The position numbers and the translations under genes were made by a program. Positions 1-13,494 of a stretch of 64,000 nucleotides of DNA are shown in pieces (position 1 is the first letter of the stretch; every line of letters starts with the position of its first letter). The DNA lies in contig OX597818.1 in the NCBI GenBank assembly GCA_951406725.2, positions 119,164,001 to 119,228,000 on the forward strand. Direction: 5' to 3'. The stretch is from Octopus vulgaris. Taxonomy: Eukaryota. The notes below the pieces were generated by a model that did no database searches, was not told the origin of the DNA, and was given only the letters and a program-made list of their open reading frames with translations.

Positions 1-636
1 TAGATAGAGGGAGGGAGAGGAAGTGAGAGAGAGAAGGCATAATTAATGAACTTGCTAATTATTGCCAATATACAAGCAGGTAAAATATATTTTAATAAAC
101 GGATAAAACGCGTACGGAAACACATTTAAAACCAAAGAAAGTTACATACTTTGGTAGATTATTAGAGAGACAGTTGGTTTATCTGAGCGGTTGATAGATT
201 CCGTTTAATTCCCACCCCTCACTGTCAAACTAATTGTATCCTCTCCAGTCTTAAAAGGTTTCTGTGTATAATTTTATTAATAGCATTCAGCGCTTGCTTA
301 ATTCATCGAGAGTGTAGATAGCTTTTGTGACGTAAATACCTATAGACTTTACTACAGCTGTGTTTAGTTTTCACGTGTTTAACTTCCTACAGACCACTAC
401 TCAGGTTAATATGGTGCCTGTCATTCGAAAACCACCAACTGTCAGTATCTAATATATACGTAAGTTGTATTATGATACTGTATCCTAGAACGTCTTGCAG
501 TCGTTTAATGTGGAAGCTAATTACTTCAAAATACCGATTCTCAGACACGCGAAATTGATAAATTTTATGGATCCGATGCGACCAAGGAAACAAGAACACA
601 AACTAGATACAGACCAATACAATGTTCAATCAGTTG

Positions 637-1150
637 TCTTCATCTTCTTCTTCTTCATCTTCTTCTTGTTCTTCTTCTTCTACTCCTTCTTCTACTCCTT
701 CTTCTTCTTCTTCTACTCCTTCTTCTCCTTCTTCTTCTTCTTCTTCTTCTTCTTCTTCTTCTACACCTTCTTCTTCTTTTTCTTCTTCTTCTTCTTCTTC
801 TTCTTCTTCTTCTTCTTCATCTTCATCTCCTTCATCTTCATCTCCTTCTTCTTCATCTCCTTCATCTTCATCTCCTTCATCTTCTTCTTCTTCTTCTTCT
901 TCATCTCCTTCATCTTCTTCTTCTTCTTCTTCTTCTACACCTTCTTCTTCTTTTTCTTCTTCTTCTTCTTCTTCTTCTTCATCTTCATCTCCTTCATCTT
1001 CATCTCCTTCTTCTTCATCTCCTTCATCTTCATCTCCTTCATCATCTTCTTCTTCTTCTTCTTCTTATTCTTCTTCATCTCTATCATCATCTTCTTCTTC
1101 TTCTTCTTCTTCTTCTTCTTCTTCTTCTTCTTCTTCTTCTTCTTCTTCTT
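637..1150. repeat. (TCT)n/(TCA)n microsatellite with internal ~174-bp higher-order duplication
   Basis: Continuous TCT-type triplets; the variant block starting CTACACC recurs at 761 and 935. Confidence 0.95.
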
Positions 1151-2004
1151 CCAATCAGGACTCACGCCATTAGCCACAAAGAATAATCTCTAATTCTAGC
1201 CTACTCTAAACTACTAAGAATGCGTGCGGCAACTTCAAGACCCACCCACCACACTCGATAGACTGGCGGTTGCACGGGTGCAAAAGCTCCGTTGTTATCC
1301 TCATTCCGTAAACGGTAGCTTTTAACGGGTGGTGAGCTAAACCATCCTGGGGTACAGAGGATTCGCAATCTAGAGTAGGGTCTGAAAGTTTACCACACCA
1401 TAGTGGGTTACACCATGGTTCCTCTGCTTCTTAAAACATAAATACGTTATTCCTCTTTTGATTTTCTTGGATTAGGTACTAACGCATTGAATTAATGTCT
1501 GCTTTTAAGCAGCTCTCCGGTTTAAGCTTTCTTGTTTGCTAGGAATGTTCTCAAGTTTTAATATTCTGTGTAATAACATTAGCATAACTAACTGTCTGAA
1601 CGCTGCTGCTATCTGCATTATCAAACATATTCGATTGTGCATTTGTGCCGTTGTCGTTCTTACATCGTTAGAAACAATTTATTATTCAATTAGATAGTCA
1701 TTTAAATATCCAATATTTTCCACTCTGTCATTTTACATACTGTTGAATTATTTTCTATTTTAGTAGGGGCATATCTAGTAATCATTTTGACGGAAAATTA
1801 TAAAATTAAGGCTAATAAAATATGAAATCTGCAACGCACAAATTTTACGTTACACGCGTGGCATCTCCTGTAGATCACTCCAGGTAAATAAAATTTTCAA
1901 TCTTAATTTGTGAATGTTGGAATCAAATTAGAATCCAAGATTGCAAAAACACGTCTAAAAGCGAAAAAGACCAAATATTAATAACTACAATAGTAATACT
2001 AATC

Positions 2005-2200
2005 CGTTCTACTATCGACATAAGAACTGAAATTTTGGTGGGTGAGGGTTATATGATTGCATCACAATCCAAACCCCGATGTTGGCTGATATTCATTTTA
2101 TCGACCCCGAAAGGATCAAAAGGAATTTTGCCCCCAGAATTATTAAGCCGGAAGAAAATCCCTGGGCACTTCGCCCGATGTGCTAACGAACTTGCCAAGC
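2005..2200 (-). mobile_element. Old degenerate copy of SINE family B
   Basis: TTTATCGACCCCGAAAGGAT and TTCGCCCGATGTGCTAACG match family B copies at 13.5-13.9 kb and 45.4-45.6 kb. Confidence 0.7.
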
Positions 2201-2739
2201 AGCTGCAATATCGATATTAATAATAATAGTAATATATAACAAAAATTAATTTATTTAGTGATTCTTGAAGGTAAATGTACTTGCCATATTCAAACATACA
2301 GCATTTACCTTTTTTAAGAGGCATGCGACAAAAATGTTATACAACCAAGAGCAGGTAGGCGTAAAATACTTTGCAGATCACAAGGGAAAATCTTAAAATT
2401 TAAGTAAAACATGACAAATAATTAGAGGGAATTATCAAGAAAAGAAAATAGAATCGAAATGTTAATTACTTCTATTTGTCTTTTCACGGGATTGAGGTTC
2501 ATATAGACGCTTTTCATAATATTTTTAGAAATACAATTTTATTTGTTAGCATACAACAGATAATACGCACATTAATTTTGGAAGATGAAAATTGTGCCTT
2601 CATGTATTTGATATAATTTACACCCATGGAAAATATTGGCTGTTTAGAATAAATTGAAATAGCTTTAATAGCAAAAAATAACTTACAGAAAGCAAAACAA
2701 AACGCATATTTCATGAAAAAAACTTGATGTACAACTCTA

Positions 2740-2960
2740 TGAAAATACTAAATGAAAGCTCGGCAATTTTAGAAGATTTGGATTTCACTTTCGCTACCAA
2801 CATCTTGGAAACCTTGTGAATTCTCTTTTGCTATATCCAAAGCTTTCAAATTCTTCTTCTTTGCCGCTATCACATCATTCCATTTCCAAGTCTTCAAAAG
2901 CATTAATGAGGCCACTCTTCAAGAAAGTTTGGTTGATAGCTTCCAACGATAACATAATCC
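2740..2960 (-). pseudogene. Possible pogo/Tigger transposase C-terminal relic
   Basis: Minus strand reads INQTFLKSGLINAFEDLE followed by an acidic stretch, resembling pogo DDE_1 C-termini; interrupted by stops. Confidence 0.3.
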
Positions 2961-3214
2961 ACTACAAATTTAGGGAAACATAAATATGTACTTGTAAAAA
3001 AATTCAATTTATAGATGTAGCTTGATTTTTCTAGCGTGAATAATTTTAGATTTCCGATATGTTGGTGACAAATCTACCTCAAAAACATTATCCACGCCGT
3101 AAAATATGCATTTAGCAATGCAACGTCTAAAATTGCATTTTTCTGTTTTTCTGCTCGGTTTCCCAGTTTTTCTCATAGTTTTTACCATTACCACCTTGTC
3201 CCAATATATTGTAT

Positions 3215-3440
3215 TACACGTAACTTTTTTGAAGGAGACTGGATACTTTTCCTCTTTGATCAGTTCTGGGACAATGTTAAACAAGGCAGGGCCTGTTGAG
3301 GAAAAGAATTTGTTTCCCCTGAATTGGGCAGGGGACGCTTAGCCCGTATTCCCAGTCTTGGATGAATCTTGAAGCTAATTTTCAGGTCGTTTGGGCAATA
3401 CTGGCGGTATATTTTCCATATCGTGCAAATGAAATACAAA
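3215..3440 (-). mobile_element. CR1/L2-group LINE ORF2 3' fragment (degenerate)
   Basis: YFICTIWKIYRQYCPNDLKISFKIHPRLG and FNIVPELIKEEKYPVSFKK align with YIICMMWKIFHQHCPNDVGITFKVHPRLG and FNITPKHIKTETDPIGFKK in ORF 55284-57317. Confidence 0.85.
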
Positions 3441-3491
3441 AAAAATGTATATATGTATAAATGTATATATGTATAATTGTATATATGTATA

Positions 3492-3653
3492 GGCGCAGGA
3501 GTAGCTGTGTGGTAAGTAGCTTGCTTACCAAACACATGGTTCCGGATTAAGTCCACTGCGTGAGGCCTGGGTCAAGTGTTTTCTACTATAGCCTCGGGCC
3601 GACCAAAGCCTTGTGAATGGATTTGGTAGACGGAAACTGAAAGAAGTCCGTCG

Positions 3654-3729
<76 letters not shown>

Positions 3730-3945
3730 TGCGTCTGTGTTTGTCCACCAACATCGCTTGACAACCGATGCTGGCGTGTTTACGTCCTCGTAACTTAGCG
3801 GTTCGGCAAAAGAGACCGATAGAATAAGTACTAGGCTTACAAAGAATAAGTCCTGGGGTCGATTTGCTCGACTAAAGACGGTGCTCCAGCATGGCCGCAT
3901 TCAAATGACTGAAACATGTAAAAGTGTAAATGAGTAAAAGAGTAA
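3492..3945 (+). mobile_element. tRNA-derived SINE family A (head, CORE-like box, internal (TA)n(TG)n, LINE-like tail)
   Basis: A/B-box-like head GGCGCAGGAGTAGCTGTGTGG...GGATTAAGTCC; more than 10 homologous copies in the window; tail GGTGCTCCAGCATGGCC...GACTGAAAC. Confidence 0.9.
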
Positions 3946-4572
3946 ATGTATAAAAAAAATCCAACTAACTCAGAGTACAAATGATATGGAGAAATGAATG
4001 GATTGAAGAAAAGTATTCCAAAATCAACAGCTGTTTCTGGGGGTTCGGTGATCAATTATAATGTTTATAGATTGATTCTATCGTAAGGTGAGACGATTCC
4101 CCCACCTTCAAGGAAGAGAACTTACATTTGAGATGTTGAAGGAAAGAATCTCAAAGATAGAATTATTGAATGTGGAGAACAAAAGGTATTGGGGTGAGGT
4201 AAATTGGGGAGGTATTCAAATAGGGAACAGTGAGAGGAGAATGGATAGTTCAAGAGTGAGGAGTTAATAAAGAAGTTAGTAAGGAGCAGTAATAATAGCA
4301 GAGGTGGAAAGTAGGAGGATGAGGGACGGATGGGGTAGGTGGTATGTTAATGGTAGTCTATTACTATTTTACTCTTTTACTCGAGCAAATCTACCCCAGG
4401 ACTTATACTTAGTAAGCATAGTACTTATTCTATCGTTCTCTTTTGTCGAACCGCTAAGTTACGGGAATGTAAACACAGCAGCAACGGTTGTCAAGCGATG
4501 TTGGGGGGGACAAACAGACACACAAACATACACACTCACACACACACAGACACACGCACACACACACACACA

Positions 4573-4606
<34 letters not shown>

Positions 4607-4728
4607 ACAATTTAGGAATGGCCTTAATAGGCCATTCGTCCATTAGACAGAGCAACCATAACTCCAACCGCAAAGTAATATAATTCGGAAATAGGTGAAA
4701 AATTATAAACGTTTACCCTAATTCATCT

Positions 4729-4823
4729 TTTAGACGATGCATCGTTTCTGCGTTTTTAATGATAGACCAGCTTAATTAAATTAAATTAAGCTAATCTACC
4801 ATAGGTCACGCTTCGTCAGTAAA
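4729..4823 (-). ncRNA. Type I hammerhead ribozyme-like motif (inverted arm)
   Basis: Reverse complement of 5082-5176. Confidence 0.7.
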
Positions 4824-5081
4824 GAAACCTTTGGTAGAGGCAAATATACACGAGGCTACTGCATCGAAGCCTCTGGGATATCTGTCTTAAAATTTTCGAA
4901 GACCAGCGCAGTCGCGCCATTAATTGATTATTTTCTGACTAATTCTGAGATTGAATCGGCAGTTTATATTTGCTGCTGATAAGATTGGCGCGATTGCGCT
5001 GGTCTTCGAAAATTTTAAGACAGATATCCCAGAGGCTTCGATGCAGTAGCCTCGTGTATATTTGCCTCTACCAAAGGTTTC

Positions 5082-5176
5082 TTTACTGACGAAGCGTGAC
5101 CTATGGTAGATTAGCTTAATTTAATTTAATTAAGCTGGTCTATCATTAAAAACGCAGAAACGATGCATCGTCTAAA
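5082..5176 (+). ncRNA. Type I hammerhead ribozyme-like motif with long stem II
   Basis: TTTA-CTGACGA-A-GCGT...(internal hairpin)...ACGC-A-GAAA-CGATGCATCG-TC-TAAA: stem I TTTA/TAAA, palindromic stem III, GUC site. Confidence 0.75.
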
Positions 5177-5394
5177 AGATGAATTAGGGTAAACGTTTTT
5201 AATTTTTCACCTATTTCCGAATTATATTACTTTGCGGTTGGAGTTATGGTTGCTCTGTCTAGTGGACGAATGGCCTGTTAAGGCCATTCCTAAATTGTTA
5301 TATATTTACATTTTAGTCTCATGACTATTTTTCTTTTCCACTGGGCCGCTGGTAGTGATAAATTTCTATCGAATTTTTTACTACCCTAAATTGA

Positions 5395-5458
<64 letters not shown>

Positions 5459-6051
5459 TACGACAGGATTCTTTCAGTTTCCGTCTACCAAATCCATTCA
5501 CAAGGCTTTGGTCGGCCCAAGGCTATTGTGTTACGTTTGTATGGAAACTGTAGCATTAATGGTTGAGACAGTGAAAAAAGAGAATGGCCACCATTTGATG
5601 GACGTAAGGTGGCCGAGGGAGATTACTAAGGTACATAGAGAAGTATGAGAGAAGATAGGGGTGGATAGAGTGGGGAGTGAGATGGTATTCGATATGATGG
5701 TGGCTAGAGGGATAATAAATTTGGATTGGTACTAGTGGTGGGATTACAATGGTATGCAGAGGTGTATGAAATACAAAAAAAAAGGAAGTGAAATGGGAAG
5801 GGGATAGAGGTTGACAAGTTAATATCTGAAGGAATGAGGTACTATCAAGTACTTTTGGTAAGGAGGAGAATTAGAAAGAGTCCAATAAATAGGGTAAGGA
5901 GGCCATGAGGGAGTTGGAAGGTAGTGGTTTAGAAGAATTTGGTAAGGTAAGTATGGGAAAGAATAGTTTAATAAGTAGGGTAGTGTGTATTGAGGTTTGC
6001 TAGGTCTTTTGGTTCAAGGTAAATTTTGAGTATGGATCCTCCTACCTTCCA

Positions 6052-6079
6052 CCGCTACTACTACTACTACTACTACTAC

Positions 6080-6168
<89 letters not shown>

Positions 6169-6174
6169 GTAGTA

Positions 6175-6229
<55 letters not shown>

Positions 6230-6300
6230 TAATACCACAACCACCACCACCACCACCACCACCACTACTACTACTTCTACTACTACTACTACTACTACTC
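6052..6300. repeat. Compound (CTA)n(TAA)n(CCA)n(CTA)n microsatellite
   Basis: Direct reading. Confidence 0.95.
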
Positions 6301-7029
6301 CCTACTAACTTTTTATTAACCCCTATCTCTTAAACTATCTATTCTCTTTTCATTATTCCTCTTCTAAATACCTCCCCAATTCCCCCCTCCCCACATTCAA
6401 TCAGTCCATCTTTGAAATTCTTCGTTTTAACATCTCAAATGTAAGATCTTCTCTTTCCTGAAGACGGAGATTCGTTTCATCTTATGATGGAATCAATCTA
6501 CAAGCAATATTATGGAGTACCGAACCCCCAGAAGCTGATGTTGGATTTGTAATAATTTTTCTCCATCCCTTTAATTCTCCATATCATTTTCATTGTATTA
6601 ATCGAACATTTTTTGTATTCATATACACATTTTTCGCATATACATTCCCATATATATTCATATTCATATATACATTTGTGTATTCATATATACATTTTTC
6701 GTATTTCATGCAGTAATATACTTTATATAAGGGTCTGTCTAATTTGATTGTCTCTACATTTACTTATATTGTGTGTGTGTCTCTGTGTGAGTGTGTGGGT
6801 GTGTGTGTGAGTGTGTTTCTGAGCACGTATGTGTGTGTGTCTCTCTCTCTTTCTTTCTCTCTGCGCCCGCGCGTGTATGTGTGCGTCTATCCTTTCTCCA
6901 TATTTCTCTCCTTCTCCATACTCTCCATACTTTCTTTCAGAAAGAGAGTGCTGTAGGAACTTTAAAAAAACTTTTCAAACCTCTTCCTATCTACCGAGTG
7001 TGAACCTCGTATCCATGTTATATTTTTGT

Positions 7030-7225
<196 letters not shown>

Positions 7226-7828
7226 GTACATACAGAGAGAGAGAAGTCTAGTTAAAATATATATATTAAAACGTTCAGATATCTATTTCTTTAAATACAG
7301 AATATCATTAGGCTTCTAATATTCAGTACTGAGATTAAGTGAAGCGTCGAAATCTATTTTGAAATCAGTTTCAACACTTATGGTTAAGAATAATAGATTA
7401 AGTAAATATTTTGGGAAACTTTCGAATCTTTTGTATTCATAAATCTAAGTATTAATAATCCATTATATTTGTATGGACCTACCAGCTTATAACATGGTGT
7501 ATTGTATAGGAGACTAAGAATATAGAATTTTACTATATCTTATACCTTAACTCAGACTCTAGTCTACATATTAATAGTGAAGAAATTTCAGATTGCGTCT
7601 TAATCTAGATGGAAATATACAGAACCAGAATATGCATTATTTAGTAGAAGAAGAAAATGATATCTTTGGAGGAGAGAAGGCGGCAAGCTATCAGAAACGT
7701 TAGGATGTTATATACTTGCATATATAAAATATGCGCACGTAGTCGTAAACTATTTAAATAGATATTTATCTGTACATCTTTACATGTATGTGCGTGTAGT
7801 GTATGCTTTTTTTGTGTGTGTATATGTG

Positions 7829-7899
<71 letters not shown>

Positions 7900-8090
7900 G
7901 ATCGCAAGCCACAACACATTCTTTATTTCCTCTCCTTGTTTCTGTCTGTGTTCATTTCTGTGGAAGAGCGTAGGCTCGAAACGTTAAAGACTTTTTCACT
8001 TCCCGAGCGTTATACTGATATATCTGTTTGTTGTCTACACCACCTGTCTTCGTCTTTTTATTTATTTTATTTTTGTGAATTCTCCCCCTA
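7900..8090 (+). mobile_element. Solo PLE pseudo-LTR with variant minimal HHR (7953-7990)
   Basis: CTGTGGA-A-GAGC-GTAG-GCTC-GAAACGTT-AAAGA; homologous to the 3' end (53380-53590) of the GIY-YIG element; between TA runs. Confidence 0.75.
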
Positions 8091-8100
8091 TGTGTGAGTG

Positions 8101-8159
<59 letters not shown>

Positions 8160-8161
<2 letters not shown>

Positions 8162-9085
8162 TGGCTCGGCTTCGCGAACGAAGATCAGGAAGGCTGTCCA
8201 CGTTGCGTGCATGCACGCTCATGACTGACAAGTCCGATATAGGAAAGGCAGGTCCGTTGGCAGTGTCCACAGCAGTGTCCAGTGTGGTGTCAGAGGCGGC
8301 TCGCGCCTTCCTCCTGCGTCTCTTGTCTTTAAGCGCGCCTCTTCTTTTTTCCTCAAACTTGCTGACTTCGTTGAAGATTGTGTGGTGCCAGACATCACGG
8401 TCCACAGCCAGGCCTGACCAGCACTGGTGGTTAATGTAACATGCTGTTAGAGACTTCTTGAGGCAGTCTTTGTGGCGCTTCCTCCGAGTTCCTCTCACAC
8501 GGTGGCCGATGGAGAGTTCGCCAAACGGAGCAATCTTACGAATGCGATGGTTCTCCATTCTGGAGGCATACCCTGCTCATCGGAGGTGGGACTTCAGTAG
8601 CATGGCTTCAATGCTGGGGATCCCGGCCAGCTCCAAGGCTAAAATGTTTGTGATGAAGTCACTCCAGTGAATGTTGAGGATGGTGCGGAGACATCTTTGG
8701 TGGAAGCGCTCGAGGAGATGGATGTGACTGCGATAAGTGTTCCAGGTCTCTGAGCCATAGAGAAGAGTGGTGAGAACCACGGCCCTTGTAGACACTGATC
8801 TTTGTTTTGTTCGTCAGGTTATTATTGTGCCAAACACGTTTGTACAATCTGCCAAAGGACCTATTTGCCTTAGAGAATCTATTTTCAATTTCTTTGTCGA
8901 TCCTTGCATCGAATGATATGATGCAGCCCATGTATGTATACTGATGTCCTTGTCGCCCACACAGATAGAGCTCTGCAGCGCAACACGTCTTGTTTTGCAG
9001 ACGCCTCGAGGCTCTTTGGCCGGGATGTCAGCCTCAAGAAGACGGAGGTACTTCACCAAACTACACCCCAAGAGATAGGATTACC
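8160..9085 (-). mobile_element. RTE-clade LINE 3' fragment (RT C-terminal region, frameshifted)
   Basis: VVLTTLLYGSETW, LERFHQRCLRTILNIHWSD, SIEAMLLKSHLRWAG and GELSIGHRVRG are typical RTE/BovB motifs, split across frames; ends in (TA)n. Confidence 0.9.
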
Positions 9086-9099
9086 GATATATATATATA

Positions 9100-9290
9100 T
9101 TCCCTTTTGGTCATTTCAAAATGTCAATCGTTGGCGATTTCTTTTCCTCCATTTTCCTTTGGATTTTGGACTTTCCTCTCTTTCTGAAGAAGAGCTTTGC
9201 TCGAATTGTTAAACCACTTTTCTTTCCTTCCCTGAGCGTCTGCTAATGCTTTACATGTGCTTGTCCTTCGTTTTGAGTAGATTTACTATA
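9100..9290 (+). mobile_element. Diverged solo PLE pseudo-LTR with HHR-like motif (9179-9215)
   Basis: TTT-CTGAAGA-A-GAGC-TTT-GCTC-GAATTGTT-AAA followed by TTCCCTGAGCG, as in the 7.9 kb and 53.4 kb copies. Confidence 0.6.
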
Positions 9291-9896
9291 TGTGTGTGTA
9301 TGTATGTGTGTGTGTGTATGTGTGTACGTAGTAAATGAGGAAATATTGCCTCATACGTACATATTTGAAGGGCATTTTAATTGGCATATGTGTGAGTTAG
9401 ATTAATGACTATATTAGATTAATGATCTGAATGCGCGCTGAACCTATTTTGTATCCACATTGTTATGATTTATGCATTAGGCTCAGATTTATTGCTACTT
9501 TCATGGAAATAATTACTCTGAAATAATTAAGATGATATCTATCTGTTCGGTGTGTAAATAATTATTGATTTACTAAAGAAGATATACATGCATATCGATA
9601 CCAAATAACAAAATATTTTGAAACCATTTAAAGATACACCTGCAATTAGAAGTATTCACAGTTCACAGTACAATATATTTATCTTGTCTGAGTGAACACT
9701 GTAATATAAATTGTAGAATATTTGTCTAAATATACCTTAACATACAGCTCGGATTACACCTGTACATGCGTACTTAACATAATTATGTATGTATGTATGT
9801 ATGTGTGTGTATGTATATATGAATGTATGTGTGTATGTATGTGTGTGTATGTATCTGTGTATGTATGTGTCTGTATGTATTTGTGTATGTGTATAC

Positions 9897-9943
<47 letters not shown>

Positions 9944-9945
9944 CA

Positions 9946-9985
<40 letters not shown>

Positions 9986-12900
9986 TAAGCACACACACAT
10001 AAACACACCTTAAAATACACACATATACACACACACGCACACACACATATGCGGTAATCCGTAAAATTTCAGCAAAATTTAGATTCAGATGAATATGATA
10101 CTTAAGTTAAAGGCACCAGAATTTGGTATGGTATTATCCATATATATCAAATGGGGTGATTAAAATCAAAATAAGCAACAAAGATATCCAAAGTAGTGTA
10201 GTACAATCGCTTCATGCTACTTCATTTTATTAAACACTGTAAGTATTACACCAGTTTTAATAGAATTTTTTTAATTAAACGGACAATGCACATTTTTTAT
10301 GCTTATTCAATTTGCCAACATTACACAGAGGGTAGATATATAGACAGAGAGGTTAATTTCATCATTAAGAACATGGTGGTAGCATGTCCTCCATCGGTAG
10401 ATTATTTATCACTGAGTTCACTTTGTTATTTAGCTCTATCAGTGGGGAGGAGATTTCTATTCTTGGTTCAATGGAGACAAGCAAGAATCTTTTCTATTTA
10501 TAGATAGAGGAAGGGGTAGAACAAATGTCAAAGCCATAAATCCATCCTCATTTTGAGGAATTTCACTTAGACATATTTGAATGTATTATAGCAAAAGTTA
10601 GCAGTAGTGGTAGCTACTCATGTTTTGTAAATGTATAATTGCTTTGCTTCTTTTGGTTTTGAGAATTTCTCAGACGTAATCCTGGCCAAACCCTTACTAA
10701 TCACTTAAACAAAACGGTCAATTCTATTATTCCCTTATTATCGTGCGACATTTCTGCAGACCATGTTTCGACTTACTTTAGGAAACGGAAGTGATAACGT
10801 TTCATAATGGAATTTGGTACAATTCCATAAAAATTCAGCAATCATTTACGTAGACGTCAACCCTTTTTAGCCCCTCAGTGCTTCCCTCACCTTGTGTCTG
10901 CTTTTTCCTCGCTTCTCCTCGTTTCGTTTCTCTTTCATACTACTTCTTCCCCCTAGTCTTGTCTAGCGTTTCAGGTTCCAAATATGCTATTTACATATAC
11001 ATAGAGATCTATAGAGTAATATTTATTTGACAGATGTTCTTTAAAGATTCAATTAATTTCTTAATATTTTACTGAAATACAGGAAATATTTCTTGTTTGG
11101 AATTCATGTCATTTACGTATGATTGATTAATATCTAAATTAATTATTTCTAATATTTCAACGCAATATCGAAGAATCAGTGACATATTTGATATTTACTT
11201 TCATTGTTATCATTGTTTTCAATTGTTAACCTAAGCTTGAGTTGTTATTTTCAGCCAATTGATTCTTTATTATTAATCGCGGTACCACATTGTGGAAAGC
11301 CCCTTTCATTGATGTAACAAATGTAATTAATCATTGTTTGATCATTGTTTATAATAAATTAGTTAAAATATAATTATTAGTTTTTGAGAAGTCTTATGCC
11401 CTTGACTCTGTGGCGGAGTGTCTGTTAGAGGTACGTTGATGTTTATTTTATTAGTCACATAACAATTAAGCGAAACGACGATGCCGGGAACGTTTGATAT
11501 AATTTAACGTAACCATATCCCACAGGATGGTATATAGAATGACTACCAGCATTTTAGTACTAATATATTATCTTACATTAGTATTTACGTTATATCATCT
11601 TTCTATCCATTTATATTGTGAATTCCTGTGAAGAAATTAACATGTAAAGGAGATCGGATGTTTCTATGAGTCAGATGCTATAGTTATAGTATGATATAAA
11701 TATGCTGCAATAATATCGATGTTGGAGCCATATTTGTTCCTTTGTTGCAGCCATTCTGGTCTAGACTCAATGGTAGATCTACAGATTAGCTGGTCGATTA
11801 CCATTATAGTGCTATACTCCTATTATTTTACATATTTCTACATTCATTCTTTCTCCAAAAATGGAAATTTTATTCCGTAGAGACATCGGAGTAATCAACG
11901 GAATTTTGTATTAATCGTAAGTTTTGTAGGCTAAATGAATATCAAATAGGAATTTAAATACTCCTCTATATTCAAATACACTCCAACTCCTTTCGGAAGG
12001 TGAGGAGTTTCTTCACACCTCATTTTCTGAACTTTTCACATTATTTAAAAGAACGACTTTCCATGTACATGGACATGTAACTGGGTATCAATAGCAGCCA
12101 AATCCCTCGTAAATATCAACCAAGCATTAGATCCTATGAGTTACAGAATAGTTAATATAGATTAAAAATTACGGTTGTTGAGAATGTCGATGTGGTCACA
12201 GCTACAACGACTATGGTCATTGGACTACTGGATCAAGTCCGGCTAAGGTATCAGTAAAAACATCTGCTTTTATTAAGTAGATAATATTAATAAGTATACA
12301 GAGATGAAGGCCCGAAAAGGGGTGCATTCTCTTCTGATGACCCGTAGAACCTACTGGCATCCGGTATGCGGAGTTTTAGACAGACTATCAAGCTATTTCT
12401 GTGAAATGACAACCAATATTCTGGGTCCTTGAAAAGACAAATCCAGTATTTCTTTCCGGTTCTTTTTCCCATTCTCATTTGATTTAGACTCTGGTAAATA
12501 AGTTTAATCAGTGCAGGGAAATCAAATTAATGATTAAATATTCATTTTCCATACACAGGTAACATAATTATCAAACAAAACGTCAAAATACTTTGTGAAT
12601 GAAAAAATAAAAACCTTTGGGCGCTTATGAGGAAGGTGCACCGAGAATGTCTATATACATTCTTTGTCCTGAAGGCACCCGTATTAACTTTGTGCAAACA
12701 AAAATATTTTCTATACCTTCTATTTTACTACTAATAAAATGAGAAGCGACTTTTGAATGTCTCCCAAGGTATAGTCATGATACTATAACCACTGAATGTT
12801 TAGGAAGTAATCTAATGCTCAATTAGCTATATGAGTAGTTCCTTTCAAAACATTTATTTGAAAATAAATCGACAATATTTACAAGTATTTTAGAAGCTTT

Positions 12901-13494
12901 TAGCTTTTATATATATGCATTTTATTTTATATATTTATCTAAAACACTTGATATGTGACAACAAACACTTGAAATATAAATAAGTAAAACAAAAATTATT
13001 TAAGAAAATGTTACAAAATCTGAAACGCAAGTAGTTATTTGGCCTTGGATCAACTGTGATCAAATTGACATACAATTAAACGGGTTCAAGAGCTTATCAT
13101 TCATTCGTGTGATGAATGAACGGCCACATTGTCAAATATCTGAGGAGAAATTACAAACAGAGGAGGATGGTACGCAGAAAGGTAAAGAGAAGAAGAAAAG
13201 TGAGGTGAAAGAGACAAAGGAGGGGAATGATTGGGTTATAAGCCCCCAAAGAAGAAAGAAATCCAATGCAAAAGTGCATTCAGTAGAAAGCAAGAACGGT
13301 AACAATATACAAGAGAGAGAGAGAGAGAGAGAGAGAGGAGGAAACAGAAAATAAAGTATATAAATATGAGGGTGCGTTTATAACGTATGAGAAAAGTGTG
13401 GCTGCCGAAAGAAAAAATTCGAACGTGAAGGAACTGGTGAGAGTGAAGCTATCAGGAAACAGTTTTGATGCAGATGATAGAGGTATTTTGATAT

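Larger units (their letters stand above)
4600..5400 (+). mobile_element. Non-coding PLE pseudo-LTR palindrome: ~320-bp near-perfect inverted arms plus unpaired 3' tail
   Basis: Arms 4600-4919 and 4986-5305 are reverse complements; tail 5306-5400; an HHR in each arm; flanked by (TA)n; related to 59367-59680. Confidence 0.8.
4365..5527 (-). mobile_element. SINE family A copy split by an insertion into its internal (TA)n
   Basis: 3' half at 4365-4600 and 5' half at 5455-5527, both minus strand, separated by TA runs and the 4600-5400 palindrome. Confidence 0.8.
3960..6600 (-). mobile_element. Old PLE-type insertion with inverted pseudo-LTR copies (3960-4350 minus, 6300-6600 plus), interrupted by nested elements
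   Basis: 3960-4270 is a diverged reverse complement of 6330-6600; both carry a degenerate HHR (CTGAAGA at 6458; GAAACAGCTGTT on minus near 4026-4037); purine-rich segments 4200-4350 and 5530-6040 resemble a PLE 3' UTR. Confidence 0.55.

Noticed and set aside
495-1193. Poly-Phe, poly-Ser and poly-Lys ORFs (also 38489-39046)
   Set aside because: Translations of (TCT)n/(GAA)n microsatellites with no domain or splice context
12330-12380. CTGATGA followed by a hairpin
   Set aside because: No GAAA..UH half, so not a hammerhead
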